Assembly (NCBI GenBank): GCA_047602405.1
Contig: JASGHJ010000002.1
Location: 1,056,001 to 1,120,000 of the forward strand
Direction: 5' to 3'
Source: Anaeromyxobacteraceae bacterium
Lineage (GTDB): Bacteria; Myxococcota; Myxococcia; Myxococcales; Anaeromyxobacteraceae
Length of the DNA: 64,000 nucleotides
The position numbers and the translations under genes are program-made. Each line of letters begins with the position of its first letter. Within the stretch, counting starts at the first letter, position 1. The notes below the pieces were generated by a model. The model did not search any database. It was not told where the DNA came from and worked only from the letters and a program-made list of their open reading frames with translations. Shown here piece by piece: positions 10,382 to 21,189 of this stretch.

Positions 10382-11550
10382 CCTCGATGATCACGACGAC
10401 GATGAGCACCGAGGCCCGCGTCCTGCCGCTCCGGGCCGCCTACGCGGTCGAGGAGGTCCACGGCCGGGACGCCTTCGAGCGCCTGCGCCCGGAGTGGGAC
10501 GCCGCCGTCTCCCGGGGGCCGGCCGACCTCCCGTTCACGCGGCACGCGTTCCTCTCGGCGTGGCTCGAGGCGTTCGCGCCGCGCGAGCCGCTGCTCGTGC
10601 TGGTCGCGCGGGACGTCCGCGGCGCCGCCGCCGGGTTCGCGCCGTTCCTCGAGGTGCGGCGGCCGGGCGCCTCATGGCTCGTCGCGCCCGCGAACGATCA
10701 CTCGAACCGCTTCGAGTGGGCCCTCGGCCGGGACGCCTCCGGCGCGGCCGGTGCGCTCTGGGCCCACCTCAGGGACCGCCTGGCGTGGGACGCGCTCGTG
10801 CTCCGCGACGTCCGGCGCGACGGGCCGACCTCCACGCTCCTCGAGCCGCTCGCCCGGGCGGACGGCCACCCCACCGGGCGCTGGGCGTCGCTCGACTCGC
10901 CGGTGGTGGCGCTCGGCCCCGGCCCCGGCGCCCTCGAGGGCCGCCTCGACGCCAAGTTCCGCGCGAACCTGCGGCGGCGGGCCCGGCGGCTCGCCGAGCG
11001 CGGGGCGCTCGCGGTGCGCCGCACGGACGGCGAGCCCGGCCTCGCCGAGGCGCTCGCCGACTTCCTTGAGATCGAGGGCTCCGGCTGGAAGGGGCGGGGC
11101 GGCACCGCGGTGGCCGCGGACCCGCGGCTCGTCGGGTTCTACGTGCGGCTCGCCCGCGACGCCGCCGGGGCGGGCGCGCTCCGGATCCGGACGCTCACGC
11201 TCGACGGCCGCGCGATCGCGGTGCACCTCGGCCTCGAGCACCTCGGCGTGCGCTACCTGCCGAAGACCGGCTACGACGAGGCGCTCGCCGCGCTCGGCCC
11301 CGGCCAGCTCCTCACCGGGGAGGTCCTCGCGGAGTGCGAGGCGCGCGGGCTCGCCAGCTTCGACTTCCTGGGGCCCGACATGCCGTGGAAGCGGGAGTGG
11401 TCGACCGGGTCGGTGCCCCATGACTGGCTCTACGTCTATCGGCCCTCGTGGCGCGGCCGCGCGATGCACAGCGTGAAGCACCGCCTGATCCCCGCCGCGA
11501 AGCGGGCCAGGCGAGCGCTCGGGGAGACGATCCGGTGGCCCTCGCGATGA
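10378..11550 (+). CDS. GNAT (BcsL/CelD-like) N-acetyltransferase (ExoG-like)
   Basis: W...PF.RH.FL.AW N-terminus, KFRANLRRR, GWKG, GYDE...GPG.LL, FDFLG..MPWK; start may be 10378, 10387 or 10402. Confidence 0.85.
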   Translation: MTSMITTTMSTEARVLPLRAAYAVEEVHGRDAFERLRPEWDAAVSRGPADLPFTRHAFLSAWLEAFAPREPLLVLVARDVRGAAAGFAPFLEVRRPGASWLVAPANDHSNRFEWALGRDASGAAGALWAHLRDRLAWDALVLRDVRRDGPTSTLLEPLARADGHPTGRWASLDSPVVALGPGPGALEGRLDAKFRANLRRRARRLAERGALAVRRTDGEPGLAEALADFLEIEGSGWKGRGGTAVAADPRLVGFYVRLARDAAGAGALRIRTLTLDGRAIAVHLGLEHLGVRYLPKTGYDEALAALGPGQLLTGEVLAECEARGLASFDFLGPDMPWKREWSTGSVPHDWLYVYRPSWRGRAMHSVKHRLIPAAKRARRALGETIRWPSR

Positions 11551-12719
11551 CCCTCTCGCTCCCGGCGCCGGCCTGGCCCGGCACGCCCGGCCCGGTGCGC
11601 CGCTTCGTGCCCGCCATGCCGACCCTCTGGCCGGCCATGCTCTCGCCGGGCGGGCAGGCGACCACGTTCCCCTTCGGCGCGCCGCGCGCGACCTTCTACT
11701 ACCTGGCCCGGAACGCGCTCTTCCACGGCGCCCGCCTGCTCGGCCTCGAGGGCGCCGAGGTGCTCGTGCCCGCCTACCACCACGGCGTGGAGGTGGGGGC
11801 GCTCGTCGCGGCCGGGGCGACGCCGGTGTTCGTCCGGGTGGACGGCGCCATGCGGCTCGACCTCGAGGACGCCGAGCGGCGGATCGGGCCCCGCACCCGC
11901 GCGCTCCACGTCATCCACTACGCCGGCTTCGCCCAGCCCATGGCGGACGTGCTGGCGCTCGCCCGGCGGCGCGGCCTCAAGGTCATCGAGGACTGCGCGC
12001 TCTCGCTCTTCGCCTCGGAGGACGGCCGGCCGCTCGGCTCGAGCGGGGACCTCGCGATCTTCTGCCTCTACAAGACGCTCCCGGTGCCGAACGGGGGTGC
12101 CCTCGTGGTGAACGACCCGGCGCTGCCGGCGGTCGCACGCCCGCAGGGCGCGCCGCTCGTCTCGACGCTCTCCCACGCCACCGGCTCGCTCCTGCAGAAC
12201 CTGGCGCTCCGGCTCGGGCCGCCCGGCGAGGCGCTCCGCGGCGCGGCCCGACGCGGGTACGCCGCCGTGCGCGGCGCGAGCGGCCTCAGGCCCGTCTCGA
12301 CCGGCACCATGGACTTCGACCCGGCGCACGTGGACCTCGGCATGAGCCGGCTCTCCTGGCGCATCGCCCGGCACACCGACGCCGGCGGCATCGTCCGGGC
12401 GCGGCGGCGGAACTTCGCGTTGCTCCTGGCGCGCCTGCGCGACGTCTCGCCCCCGGTGCACGAGGTGCTGCCCCGGGGCGCCTCGCCGCTCTTCTACCCG
12501 CTCGTCTGCCCCGACAAGGCGCGCGTCGCCGCCCGGCTCGCGGCGGCCGGCATCGAGACCGTCGACTTCTGGGATCGCGGCCACCCGCTCTGCCGGGAGG
12601 AGGACTTCCCGGAGGTCGCGCGCCTCCGCCGCCACGTGCTCGAGCTGCCCTGCCACCAGGACCTCGGTCCCGAGGACATGTCCTGGGTCGCGCGCTGCGC
12701 CCGGGAGGCGCTGCGGTGA
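11547..12719 (+). CDS. DegT/DnrJ/EryC1/StrS PLP aminotransferase (ExoH-like)
   Basis: VLVPAY, VIHYAG, VIEDCA, FCLYKTLP..NGGAL (PLP Lys), LELPCHQ; ATGA overlap. Confidence 0.88.
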   Translation: MTLSLPAPAWPGTPGPVRRFVPAMPTLWPAMLSPGGQATTFPFGAPRATFYYLARNALFHGARLLGLEGAEVLVPAYHHGVEVGALVAAGATPVFVRVDGAMRLDLEDAERRIGPRTRALHVIHYAGFAQPMADVLALARRRGLKVIEDCALSLFASEDGRPLGSSGDLAIFCLYKTLPVPNGGALVVNDPALPAVARPQGAPLVSTLSHATGSLLQNLALRLGPPGEALRGAARRGYAAVRGASGLRPVSTGTMDFDPAHVDLGMSRLSWRIARHTDAGGIVRARRRNFALLLARLRDVSPPVHEVLPRGASPLFYPLVCPDKARVAARLAAAGIETVDFWDRGHPLCREEDFPEVARLRRHVLELPCHQDLGPEDMSWVARCAREALR

Positions 12720-13945
12720 GGCGGGACCTCCTCCGCACGGGCCAGGGGCTGCGCATCGAGGAGCACCGCGAGGGCGGGCGGCTCGACGCGCTCGGCGACG
12801 CCTGGCGCCGGCTCTTCGCCGACGCGGGCGAGCCGGTGCCGTTCCTCTCCTGGGAGTGGCTCTCGACCTTCCGCCGCCGGCTCGCGCCGCGCGCCGCGAC
12901 CTGGACGCTCGAGGCCTGGGACGGGGACCGCCTCGCGGGCGCGCTCGCGCTCGTGGCCCGGCCCGCGCTCGGCGGCGGGCGCCGGTGGCAGCTCCTCGGG
13001 AACGGGCTCGCCGGCGCGGACCGCCTCGACGTGCTGGCGCGCCCGGACGTCGCCGCGGAGGTGCGGGCGGCGTTCGCGGGGATCCTGGCGCGCGGGGCGT
13101 GGGACGCGCTCGACCTCGAGGACCTGCCCTGCGGGTCGCCGACGGTGGGGGCGCTCCGGGCGGCCTTCCTGGGGGCCGGGGCGCGCGTGGACGTGGAGCG
13201 GGGCTTCACCTGCCCCGGGTTCGCCGTCCAGGGCACCTGGGAGGCCCACGCGCGGCGCATCGGCCGGCGCGAGACCTTCGGCCGCCGCGTGCGCTGGCTC
13301 GCGCGCCAGCCCGGCTTCGCGATCGAGGTGGCCGCGCCCGACGAGGTGCCCGCCGCGTTCGAGGACTTCCTGCGCCTGCACCGGCTGCGCTGGTCGGCCG
13401 AGGGCGGCTCGGCGGGGATCCCCGACGGCCCGGTCGCGGACTTCCACCGCGAGGTCGTCGGCCACCTGGCGGCGCGGGGCTGGCTGAGGCTCTACCGGCT
13501 GCGCGTGGGTGACGCGGCCGTCGCGGCCGTCTACGGGGTCGAGTGCGGCCGGCGGTTCTTCTACTACCAGTCGGGCTACGACCCGGCCTGGTCCGCCCGC
13601 TCGCCGGGCATGGTGCTCGTGGGGCGCACGGTCGAGGACGCGTACGCGCGCGGCCTCGTGGACTACGACTTCCTGCGCGGCACCGAGGCCTACAAGCTCG
13701 ACTGGGCGAGCGATCGCCGCGAGACGGTGTCGATCCGCGCCCGGGCGCGCTCGGCGCGCGGCGGCGTGGCGTGGGCGGTGGAGCGCGCGGCGGGGCCGGC
13801 CCGGGCGGCGGCGCGGGCGGTGGCGCCGGCGGGGCTGTGGGCCGCGCTCTCCCGGGCGCGGCGGCGGGTCGAGGCCCGCGCGGTGGCGCGGCAGGCGGCG
13901 TCCGCGGAGGCGGGCGCGGGAGGCGGCGATGGCGGGATCGGGTGA
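12716..13945 (+). CDS. GNAT (BcsL/CelD-like) N-acetyltransferase (ExoI-like)
   Basis: PFLSWEW, LHRLRW, FYYQSGYDP..SPG, YDFLRGTEAYK..W; GTGA overlap. Confidence 0.88.
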   Translation: MRRDLLRTGQGLRIEEHREGGRLDALGDAWRRLFADAGEPVPFLSWEWLSTFRRRLAPRAATWTLEAWDGDRLAGALALVARPALGGGRRWQLLGNGLAGADRLDVLARPDVAAEVRAAFAGILARGAWDALDLEDLPCGSPTVGALRAAFLGAGARVDVERGFTCPGFAVQGTWEAHARRIGRRETFGRRVRWLARQPGFAIEVAAPDEVPAAFEDFLRLHRLRWSAEGGSAGIPDGPVADFHREVVGHLAARGWLRLYRLRVGDAAVAAVYGVECGRRFFYYQSGYDPAWSARSPGMVLVGRTVEDAYARGLVDYDFLRGTEAYKLDWASDRRETVSIRARARSARGGVAWAVERAAGPARAAARAVAPAGLWAALSRARRRVEARAVARQAASAEAGAGGGDGGIG

Positions 13946-15103
13946 GCCGGGGACGCGCTGGTTCTTCCGGCGCGCGGTGAAGGTCGCGACCGCGGGGGCC
14001 CTCGTCGGGCTCGGCGCGCGGCACGCCGTGCGCGCGTGGCAGCGGCGGCGGGTCGGCGGGGTGCGGGTGGTGCTGCTCTCGTACCACCGCGCGACGCACG
14101 ACTTCGGCGAGAGCGCGCGGGAGGGGCTCGCCTCGATGTTCGTCTCGCAGGAGACGCTCCGCCGCCACCTCGAGGTCGCCGGCCGGCTGCGCGAGTTCGT
14201 GTCGCTCGCCGACGCGCGCCGGCTCCTCGCGGAGGGCTCGCGGGCCACGGCCCGCGACGTCGTGGTGGTGACCTTCGACGACGGCTACGCAGACAACCAC
14301 CACGTGGCGCTGCCGCTCCTGACGGCGCTCGGCGTGCCGGCCACGTTCTTCCTCGCGACCGGCTACGTCGGCACGAGCCACCGCTTCCCGCACGACCGGC
14401 TCCACGCCGCGCTGCACGAGCTCGTGCGGCGGGGGCTGCCGGCCGAGCGCGCCGGCCTGCCCCCCCGCTGCAGCAGCTCCTCTCGGCCTGCGCCGAGGCG
14501 GTGCCCTCGGCGACGCTCTCGCGCCTCATCGAGCGGCTGCCGCACGACCGGCTCCTCGCGGTCGCCGACGCGCTCGAGCGGCGGCTGAGGCTCCACGAGG
14601 ACGACCTCCCGCTCGACGGCCGCGCGATGACCTGGGACGAGGTGCGCGAGCTCGAGGCGGCCGGGATGGACGTCGCGGGCCACACCGTGAACCACGCGGT
14701 GCTCGCGAACCTGCCGCTCGCCGAGGCGCGGCGCGAGGTGGGGGGCTGCCGCGCGATGCTGGCCGAGCGGCTCGCGCGTCCGCCGCGGCACTTCGCGTAC
14801 CCGAACGGCTACCACACGCCGGTGATGCGCGAGATCGTGCGGGAGGCCGGGTTCGAGGCCGCCGCGACGACCGAGGACCGCGAGAACGTGCGGGGCGGCG
14901 ACGCCTTCGCGCTGCGGCGGAAGGTGCTCTGGGAGAACTCGACGCTCGGGCCGATCTCCTACAGCGAGGCGCTCGCGGCGGTGAGCCTCGACGGCGTGCT
15001 CTCGGCGCTCGGGCTCGCGCGGACCACCTCGGGCGAGCGCCCCGATCCGGCGCCGCCCGCGCTCGCGGAGCAGGCCGCCTCCGAGGCGGCGAGGATGGCC
15101 TGA
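13929..15103 (+). CDS. Polysaccharide deacetylase (NodB/CE4; ExoL-like), -1 frameshift in C-run at ~14461
   Basis: LSYHR, VTFDDGYADN, PATFFL in one frame; MTWDEVREL..AGMD..GHTVNH, FAYPNG in another; C7 run 14460-14466 needs C8. Confidence 0.88.
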
Positions 15104-15104
15104 C

Positions 15105-16400
15105 GTGGACGCCGGGATGAACCTCGAGGCGGCGCTCGGTGAGCGGAGCGCCTGGATCGCGCGGGCCGGGGCGCGCTGGAGCGCGCTCGTGCACGCCTCG
15201 GCGCTCGGGTTCGTCGCGATGCTCTACGCGAACCCGATGTACTGGTGGCCCGAGCTCGAGCAGCTCCGGCTCGCCGCGGCGGCGATGGCGCTGTCGGCCG
15301 TCGCGCTCGTGGCCCACCGGATCGTCTCCGGGGAGCGGGTGCGCCTCGGCCTCCCGCAGGCCGGGCCGCTCCTCGCGTACCTCGCCTTCGTGCCGCTCTC
15401 CTTCGCGTGGACCCTCTCGGAGGACGCGACCACCCGGGCGACCGTGGACGCCGCGAAGCTCGCGGTGGTGTTCGTCATCGTCCAGGCCGCGGTGGACGCG
15501 CCGTCGCGCCTCAGGCGCTTCGTGCTCGCCGCCGGCCTCGCGGCGCTCGGCCCCGCCCTCGGGACGCTCTGGGTCTGGAGCGGCGGCGAGCCGCTCGTGG
15601 ACGGCTTCCGGGCGCACTGGCGCGGCCTCTTCGGCGATCCCAACTGGCTCGCCGGCAGCCTCGTCGCCGTCCTGCCGTTCGCGATCCTCGGCGCGTTCGC
15701 CGCCCGCTCCGTCCTCGCCCGGGTGCTCTTCGCCGCCACGGCGGTCCTCCAGGTGGCGGCCATCGTCGGCACCCACTCGCGCTCGGGCGCGGTCGGCGCC
15801 GCGCTCGCGATCGGGCTCGCCGTGCTGCGCGGGACCACCATGGGTCCGCTCCGCAAGGCGGGCCTCGCGCTCGCGACGGTGGCGGCCCTGGTCGCCTTCG
15901 CGCCCGACAGCTTCTGGCAGCGCAGCCGCTCCATCGCCGAGTACGACCAGGACGCCTCGGTGGAGGGCCGCGAGCACGCGTGGTCGGTGCTGCGGGTGAT
16001 CCTGGAGGAGCGCCCGCTCACCGGCGTCGGCGCGGGCGCGTTCCTGCCGAGCTGGGATCGCTACGCCCCGCTCGACGCGGGCGGCCACCGCTACGTGGTC
16101 CACAACCTGTTCTTCGAGATCGTGGGCGAGCTCGGCCTCGTCGCGTTCGGGCTCTTCCTGGCCTTCTGCGCCTGGCTGCTCCGCGCCGTCTGGCGCGCCG
16201 GGGACGACCCGCTCGTCGGCGCGGAGGCGCGGGCCGTCTTCGCCGGCCTGCTCGGCTACCTCGTCGTGGAGATGGTGAACGGTTACTCCGCCTCGTGGTT
16301 CCTGTACGTGCTCTTCGCCTGCGGCGTCGGCGTGGTGCGCCTCGCCCGCGCGCGGGCGAGCGTGGCGCGGGCCTCGGTCATGTCGGAGCCGGCGGGGTAG
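15105..16400 (+). CDS. O-antigen ligase/Wzy_C polymerase family membrane protein (ExoJ-like)
   Basis: About 10 TM helices; GLFGDPN, THSRSG, GR..AW, PLTGVGAG.F, HNLFFEI..ELG motifs. Confidence 0.85.
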   Translation: MDAGMNLEAALGERSAWIARAGARWSALVHASALGFVAMLYANPMYWWPELEQLRLAAAAMALSAVALVAHRIVSGERVRLGLPQAGPLLAYLAFVPLSFAWTLSEDATTRATVDAAKLAVVFVIVQAAVDAPSRLRRFVLAAGLAALGPALGTLWVWSGGEPLVDGFRAHWRGLFGDPNWLAGSLVAVLPFAILGAFAARSVLARVLFAATAVLQVAAIVGTHSRSGAVGAALAIGLAVLRGTTMGPLRKAGLALATVAALVAFAPDSFWQRSRSIAEYDQDASVEGREHAWSVLRVILEERPLTGVGAGAFLPSWDRYAPLDAGGHRYVVHNLFFEIVGELGLVAFGLFLAFCAWLLRAVWRAGDDPLVGAEARAVFAGLLGYLVVEMVNGYSASWFLYVLFACGVGVVRLARARASVARASVMSEPAG

Positions 16401-16443
16401 GGGACGGGGCGCCGCGGCGCGCCTGCCCCCGGCAGGCCCGCGC

Positions 16444-17493
16444 TCAGGCGGAGCGGCCGGCGGCGAGCCCGCGCCGCGCCGCCCGGAGCCGCCCCACCGC
16501 CCGCTCGACCACCCCGAGCACCGCCGCGACGTACCGGTCCGGGGTGAACCGCTGGCGCACCACCTCGCGCGCCCGCGCGCCCATCGCGGCCGCCTCCGCC
16601 GGGTGCGAGAGCGCCCACTCGATGGCCTCCCGCATCGCCCGGGGCTCGCCTGGCGGCACCACGAGCCCCGTGGCCCCGGGCTCGACGTGGTCCCGCACGC
16701 CCATCACGTCCGGCACGATCACGACCTTCCCGAACGCCATCGCGTTCAGGTAGTTCTGCTGCCCCGCGCTCCGCTCCTGGCCCGGCGCGAGCGCGACCAC
16801 CACCACGTCCGCGGCGCGCATCAGCGCCATGTAGTCCGCGGGCGTCACCCGCCCGACCGCCACGTTCGGCGGGGCGTGCGCGGCGAGCTCCGCCGGCAGC
16901 GCGCCGGTCGCGAGCGTCACGCGCGCGGGAAGCCCGCGCGCGGCCTCCACGAGCGGCCGGTAGTCCCGGAGCGAGTCGCCGCCCGCGAACACGCCGCCGC
17001 CGGTCCGCACCGGCGCCGCGAGCTCCTCGTCGCTCGCCGTGAAGTAGAAGGGCGTGTGCTCGACGCGCTCCGGGTCGACGCCCCAGGTGCGCGGGAAGAG
17101 CCGCCGCTCCTCCGACGAGAGCACGCAGTAGGTCGTCCGCGGCGAGTCGATCGCGAGCAGGCCGAGCTTGCACGCGGCCCGGTCGAGCGCGCCGACGCCG
17201 CGCTTCCAGGTGGCGTCCGTCACCACCACCGCGGGCCCGCCGGGCCGCCGGGCGAGCACCGCCGCCGCCCCGAGGTCCGCGACCCGGGTCGCCCCGCCCG
17301 TCGCGCCGTCGATCACCACGGCGTCGTAGCCGCGCGCGAGACCGAGCCGCACGGCGAGCGCGACGGGGCCGTGCGCGCCCCGGTCGAGCACCTCCACCTC
17401 GGTCATCCAGCGCCGGCGGAGCGGCCAGTGAAGCGTGCTGAGGGTCCGTGCCCTCCCGGACGGGTGAGGGACCATGAGGGCGTGCGTCTCCAT
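16444..17493 (-). CDS. Glycosyltransferase family 4-like protein
   Basis: AGGDSLRDY, SAGQQNYLNAMAFGK.VI, TGLVVPPGE..AMREAI C-terminal GT-B domain; start 17493 or 17406. Confidence 0.8.
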   Translation of the reverse strand: METHALMVPHPSGRARTLSTLHWPLRRRWMTEVEVLDRGAHGPVALAVRLGLARGYDAVVIDGATGGATRVADLGAAAVLARRPGGPAVVVTDATWKRGVGALDRAACKLGLLAIDSPRTTYCVLSSEERRLFPRTWGVDPERVEHTPFYFTASDEELAAPVRTGGGVFAGGDSLRDYRPLVEAARGLPARVTLATGALPAELAAHAPPNVAVGRVTPADYMALMRAADVVVVALAPGQERSAGQQNYLNAMAFGKVVIVPDVMGVRDHVEPGATGLVVPPGEPRAMREAIEWALSHPAEAAAMGARAREVVRQRFTPDRYVAAVLGVVERAVGRLRAARRGLAAGRSA

Positions 17494-17619
17494 GCCGAGA
17501 GGGTGGGCAGGCGAAGGCAGGGGAGGAGGCCCCACCCGGGGGAGCACGGGCGGGGTGGCCCACAACGCCGCACCGGCGCGCCGTGACAGCGCCGGGCGCG
17601 CGTGCTCCCATCCGGCCGG

Positions 17620-18420
17620 ATGCTCTCCGACGGGGCCAGGGTGTGCCGCCACGTGGCGGACGGCGACGCGCCGATCCTGCACGCGCGGCGGGTGGACGAG
17701 GGCGGCGACGCCGACGCGGAGTTCCGCTTCTGGTGCGGTGCCCGCGCGCACGACGCCTGCGAGGACCGGGTGTTCGCGCTCGAGGAGATTGTCGCGCGGG
17801 ACCCGAGCGCGGTGGAGATCGTCCTGCATCCACGCGGCACCGGCCTGGGGCGCGCCGGCCCGCTCGGCCGCTGGCACACCGAGCAGGGCCCGCTGCTCTT
17901 CCCGGCGCTGCCGTCGCGGCGGTTCCCGACGCTCGAGCCGCGCTACCCGCCGCGTCCGAACGAACCCCTCGACGCCGGCGATCTCCTCGTGCTCGCGGAG
18001 GTGGCCGATCACGGCTGGCACGTCGTCCGGCCGGCGCGCGACGCGCAGCCGCTCCTCGCGCACACGGTCGGGCTCTTCCGGAACCAGGACCACCCGGAGC
18101 TGTGCGTCCTCGGGCAGCCGCCGGGCGGCGCGGTCGCGATGCTGGACCGGCTCGCCCGGGAGGTGTTCGCCGGCATGCGCTTCGAGCCCGGTGACCTGCA
18201 CGAGGACCCGGTGACCGGGCGGCGCCTCGCGCTCGTGGCGGTCTCACCGCGGCTGCACGGCGACCTCGTGCCGCTCGCGGTCTGGTACCACGGCGGCGCG
18301 CGGTTCCCGCTCCTGCAGGCGGTCTGGCCGGATCCGGAGGGCCGCTACCCGTGGGAGCGGTGGAGCGAGCCCGGGCTGCGGGGCGACCAGCCCGTGCTGC
18401 TCGACCGGGACCCGGCCTGA
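17620..18420 (+). CDS. DUF4262 domain protein with extra N-terminal domain
   Basis: HGWHVV..HTVGL...HPELCVLG, LQAVWPD.EGRYPWE resemble DUF4262; N-terminal C.HV..G..PIL...F.CG...H..RDPS module. Confidence 0.7.
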   Translation: MLSDGARVCRHVADGDAPILHARRVDEGGDADAEFRFWCGARAHDACEDRVFALEEIVARDPSAVEIVLHPRGTGLGRAGPLGRWHTEQGPLLFPALPSRRFPTLEPRYPPRPNEPLDAGDLLVLAEVADHGWHVVRPARDAQPLLAHTVGLFRNQDHPELCVLGQPPGGAVAMLDRLAREVFAGMRFEPGDLHEDPVTGRRLALVAVSPRLHGDLVPLAVWYHGGARFPLLQAVWPDPEGRYPWERWSEPGLRGDQPVLLDRDPA

Positions 18421-18454
18421 GCCGGCGTGGGGAACGCCGGCCCGGCCGTGGCCT

Positions 18455-19264
18455 CTACTTCCCGGCGTCGTAGAACCGCTGGACCGGCGCCTTCGGCAGG
18501 TTCTTCGAGGGCTCCGGCAGCGCCGTCCTCGAGAACGTGCCCTTCAGCACGTCCCGGTTCATCTGCGCGATGACCTCGAGCTTGATGCCGGCCGGGCAGA
18601 CCGCCTCGCACTCGCCGATCGTCGTGCAGTGGCCGAACGCCTCGCGGCGCGCCTGGTCGGTCATCGCGAGCGCGCGGGAGAGGCGCTCGGGCTGGCCCTG
18701 CGGCAGGTTCGCGAGGTGGGTGATCTTCGCGCCGGTGAAGAGCGCGGCCGCCGCGTTCGGGCAGGACGCCACGCAGGCGCCGCAGCCGATGCAGGCCGCC
18801 GCCTCCATGGCCCGGTCCGCGCTCGGCTTCGGGATGAGGATCGAGTTCGCCTCGGCCGCCGAGCCCGCGCGCGTCGAGATGAAGCCGCCCGCGGCGATGA
18901 TGCGGTCGAGGGCGCTCCGGTCGATGACGAGGTCCCGGATCACCGGGAACGCCGCCGCGCGGAACGGCTCGAGCCGGAGCACGTCGCCGTCCTTGAAGTG
19001 GCGCATGTGCAGCTGGCAGACGGTCGCGTTGCGCTGCGGGCCGTGCGCCTCGCCATTGATGAGGAAGCCGCACATGCCGCAGATGCCCTCGCGGCAGTCG
19101 GAGTCGAAGGCGACCGGCTCCTCGCCCTTCGTGACGAGCTGCTGGTTCAGCACGTCCAGCATCTCGAGGAAGGACATGTGCTCGTTCGCGGTGACCTCGT
19201 AGCGCGCGAACTTGCCGGCGTCCCGGGGGTTCTTCTGCCGCCAGATGTCGAGGATGATCCTCAC
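18455..19264 (-). CDS. sdhB: Succinate dehydrogenase/fumarate reductase Fe-S subunit
   Basis: [35 protein letters not shown] start overlapping the sdhA stop. Confidence 0.95.
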   Translation of the reverse strand: MRIILDIWRQKNPRDAGKFARYEVTANEHMSFLEMLDVLNQQLVTKGEEPVAFDSDCREGICGMCGFLINGEAHGPQRNATVCQLHMRHFKDGDVLRLEPFRAAAFPVIRDLVIDRSALDRIIAAGGFISTRAGSAAEANSILIPKPSADRAMEAAACIGCGACVASCPNAAAALFTGAKITHLANLPQGQPERLSRALAMTDQARREAFGHCTTIGECEAVCPAGIKLEVIAQMNRDVLKGTFSRTALPEPSKNLPKAPVQRFYDAGK

Positions 19265-21174
19265 TTGTAGCTCCGCTGCGCGAGGTGGATGTTCTCGAAC
19301 TCCAGCTTCTCCTTGTGCACGACCGGCGCGGCCTTCTCGCCCTTCCACTCCCAGGCGGCCGCGTAGGCGTACTCGGCGTCGTTGCGCTGGGCCTCGCCGT
19401 CCGGGGTCTGGTACTCGACCCGGAAGTGGCCGCCGCAGCTCTCGTTCCGCTCGAGCGCGTCCCGGCACATGAGCTCGCCGAGCTCGATGAAGTCGGCGAC
19501 GCGCCCGGCCGCCTCGAGCTGCTGGTTGAGCTCCTGGCCGCTGCCGACCACCCGGACCTCCTTCCAGAAGCGCTCGCGCAGCTCCGGGATGACCGAGAGG
19601 GCGTGGGTGAGGCTCTCCTTCGTGCGGGCCATGCCGCAGTCGTTCCACATCGTCTTGCCGAGCTCGCGCCAGAGCTCGTCGGGGCTCTTCTTGCCGTTCA
19701 CCCCGAGGAGCCGGTCGGTGCGGGCCTTCACCTCGCGCTCGGCGTCCTTCACGGCCGGGTGGGAGGTGTCGAGCTTCGAGATGCCGCCCGAGGCGAGGTA
19801 GTGGCCGACGGTGTACGGCAGCACGAAGTAGCCGTCCGCGAGCCCCTGCATGAGCGCCGAGGCGCCGAGGCGGTTCGCGCCGTGGTCGGAGAAGTTCGCC
19901 TCACCGCCCACGAACAGGCCGGGCACGTTGCTCATCAGGTCGTAGTCCACCCACAGGCCGCCCATCGTGTAGTGGACGGCGGGGTAGATGCGCATCGGGA
20001 CCTTGACCGGGTCCTCGCCGGTGATGCGCTCGTACATCTCGAACAGGTTGCCGTAGCGCTCGGCGAGCACCTTCGCGCCGAGGCGCTGCTTCGCCGCGCC
20101 GAAGTCCAGGTAGACGCCGAGGCCGCCCGGGCCGACGCCGCGCCCCTCGTCGCAGACGTTCTTCGCCTGGCGGGAGGAGATGTCGCGCGGCGCGAGGTTG
20201 CCGTAGGTCGGGTAGATCCGCTCGAGGTAGTAGTCGCGCTCGTCCTCGGGGATCTGGTCCGGCGGGCGGGTGTCGCCCTTCTTCTTCGGCACCCACACCC
20301 GGCCGTCGTTGCGGAGCGACTCGGACATGAGCGTCAGCTTCGACTGGTAGTCGCCGGACTGGGGGATGCAGGTCGGGTGGATCTGCGTGTAGCAGGGGTT
20401 CGCGAAGTAGGCGCCCTTGCGGTGCGCGCGCCAGATGGCGGTGGCGTTCGAGCCCTTCGCGTTCGTGGAGAGGTAGAAGACGTTGCCGTAGCCGCCGGTC
20501 GCGAGCACCACCGCGTCGGCGACGAACGACTCGATCTTGCCGGTGACGAGGTCGCGGACCACGACGCCGCGGGCGCGGCCGTCGACCACGATGAGCTCGA
20601 GCATCTCGGTGCGCACGAACTGCTTCACCGTCCCGGCCGCGACCTGCCGCTGCAGCCCGGAGTAGGCGCCGAGGAGGAGCTGCTGGCCGGTCTGCCCGCG
20701 CGCGTAGAACGTGCGGGAGACGAGCGCGCCGCCGAAGGAGCGGTTGGCGAGCGCGCCGCCGTACTCGCGGGCGAACGGGACGCCCTGGGCGACGCACTGG
20801 TCGATGATGTTCAGGGACAGCTCGGCGAGGCGGTAGACGTTCGCCTCGCGGGCGCGGAAGTCGCCGCCCTTGATGGTGTCGTAGAACAGCCGGTAAACGG
20901 AGTCGCCGTCGTTCTGGTAGCTCTTCGCCGCGTTGATGCCGCCCTGCGCGGCGATGGAGTGCGCGCGGCGGGGCGAGTCCTGGAAGCAGAAGTTGAGGAC
21001 GTTGTAGCCGAGCTCGCCGAGCGAGGCGGCCGCGGCGCCGCCGGCGAGGCCGGTGCCGACGACGATGACGGTGTACTTCCGCTTGTTGGCGGGGTTCACC
21101 AGCTTCATCTCGAACTTGCGCTGCGACCACATCTTGTCGATCGGGCCCGAGGGGATCCTGGAGTCGAGTGCCAT
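19261..21174 (-). CDS. sdhA: Succinate dehydrogenase/fumarate reductase flavoprotein subunit
   Basis: [18 protein letters not shown] (covalent FAD His), QIHPT, HYTMGG, HGANRLG. Confidence 0.97.
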   Translation of the reverse strand: MALDSRIPSGPIDKMWSQRKFEMKLVNPANKRKYTVIVVGTGLAGGAAAASLGELGYNVLNFCFQDSPRRAHSIAAQGGINAAKSYQNDGDSVYRLFYDTIKGGDFRAREANVYRLAELSLNIIDQCVAQGVPFAREYGGALANRSFGGALVSRTFYARGQTGQQLLLGAYSGLQRQVAAGTVKQFVRTEMLELIVVDGRARGVVVRDLVTGKIESFVADAVVLATGGYGNVFYLSTNAKGSNATAIWRAHRKGAYFANPCYTQIHPTCIPQSGDYQSKLTLMSESLRNDGRVWVPKKKGDTRPPDQIPEDERDYYLERIYPTYGNLAPRDISSRQAKNVCDEGRGVGPGGLGVYLDFGAAKQRLGAKVLAERYGNLFEMYERITGEDPVKVPMRIYPAVHYTMGGLWVDYDLMSNVPGLFVGGEANFSDHGANRLGASALMQGLADGYFVLPYTVGHYLASGGISKLDTSHPAVKDAEREVKARTDRLLGVNGKKSPDELWRELGKTMWNDCGMARTKESLTHALSVIPELRERFWKEVRVVGSGQELNQQLEAAGRVADFIELGELMCRDALERNESCGGHFRVEYQTPDGEAQRNDAEYAYAAAWEWKGEKAAPVVHKEKLEFENIHLAQRSYK

Positions 21175-21189
21175 GGTGGTGTCGTCTCC

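Noticed and set aside
14460..14466. Poly-C tract as phase-variation switch in the deacetylase
   Set aside because: The tract is short and similar one-base slips occur in unrelated genes, so sequencing error is more parsimonious; cannot be excluded without reads
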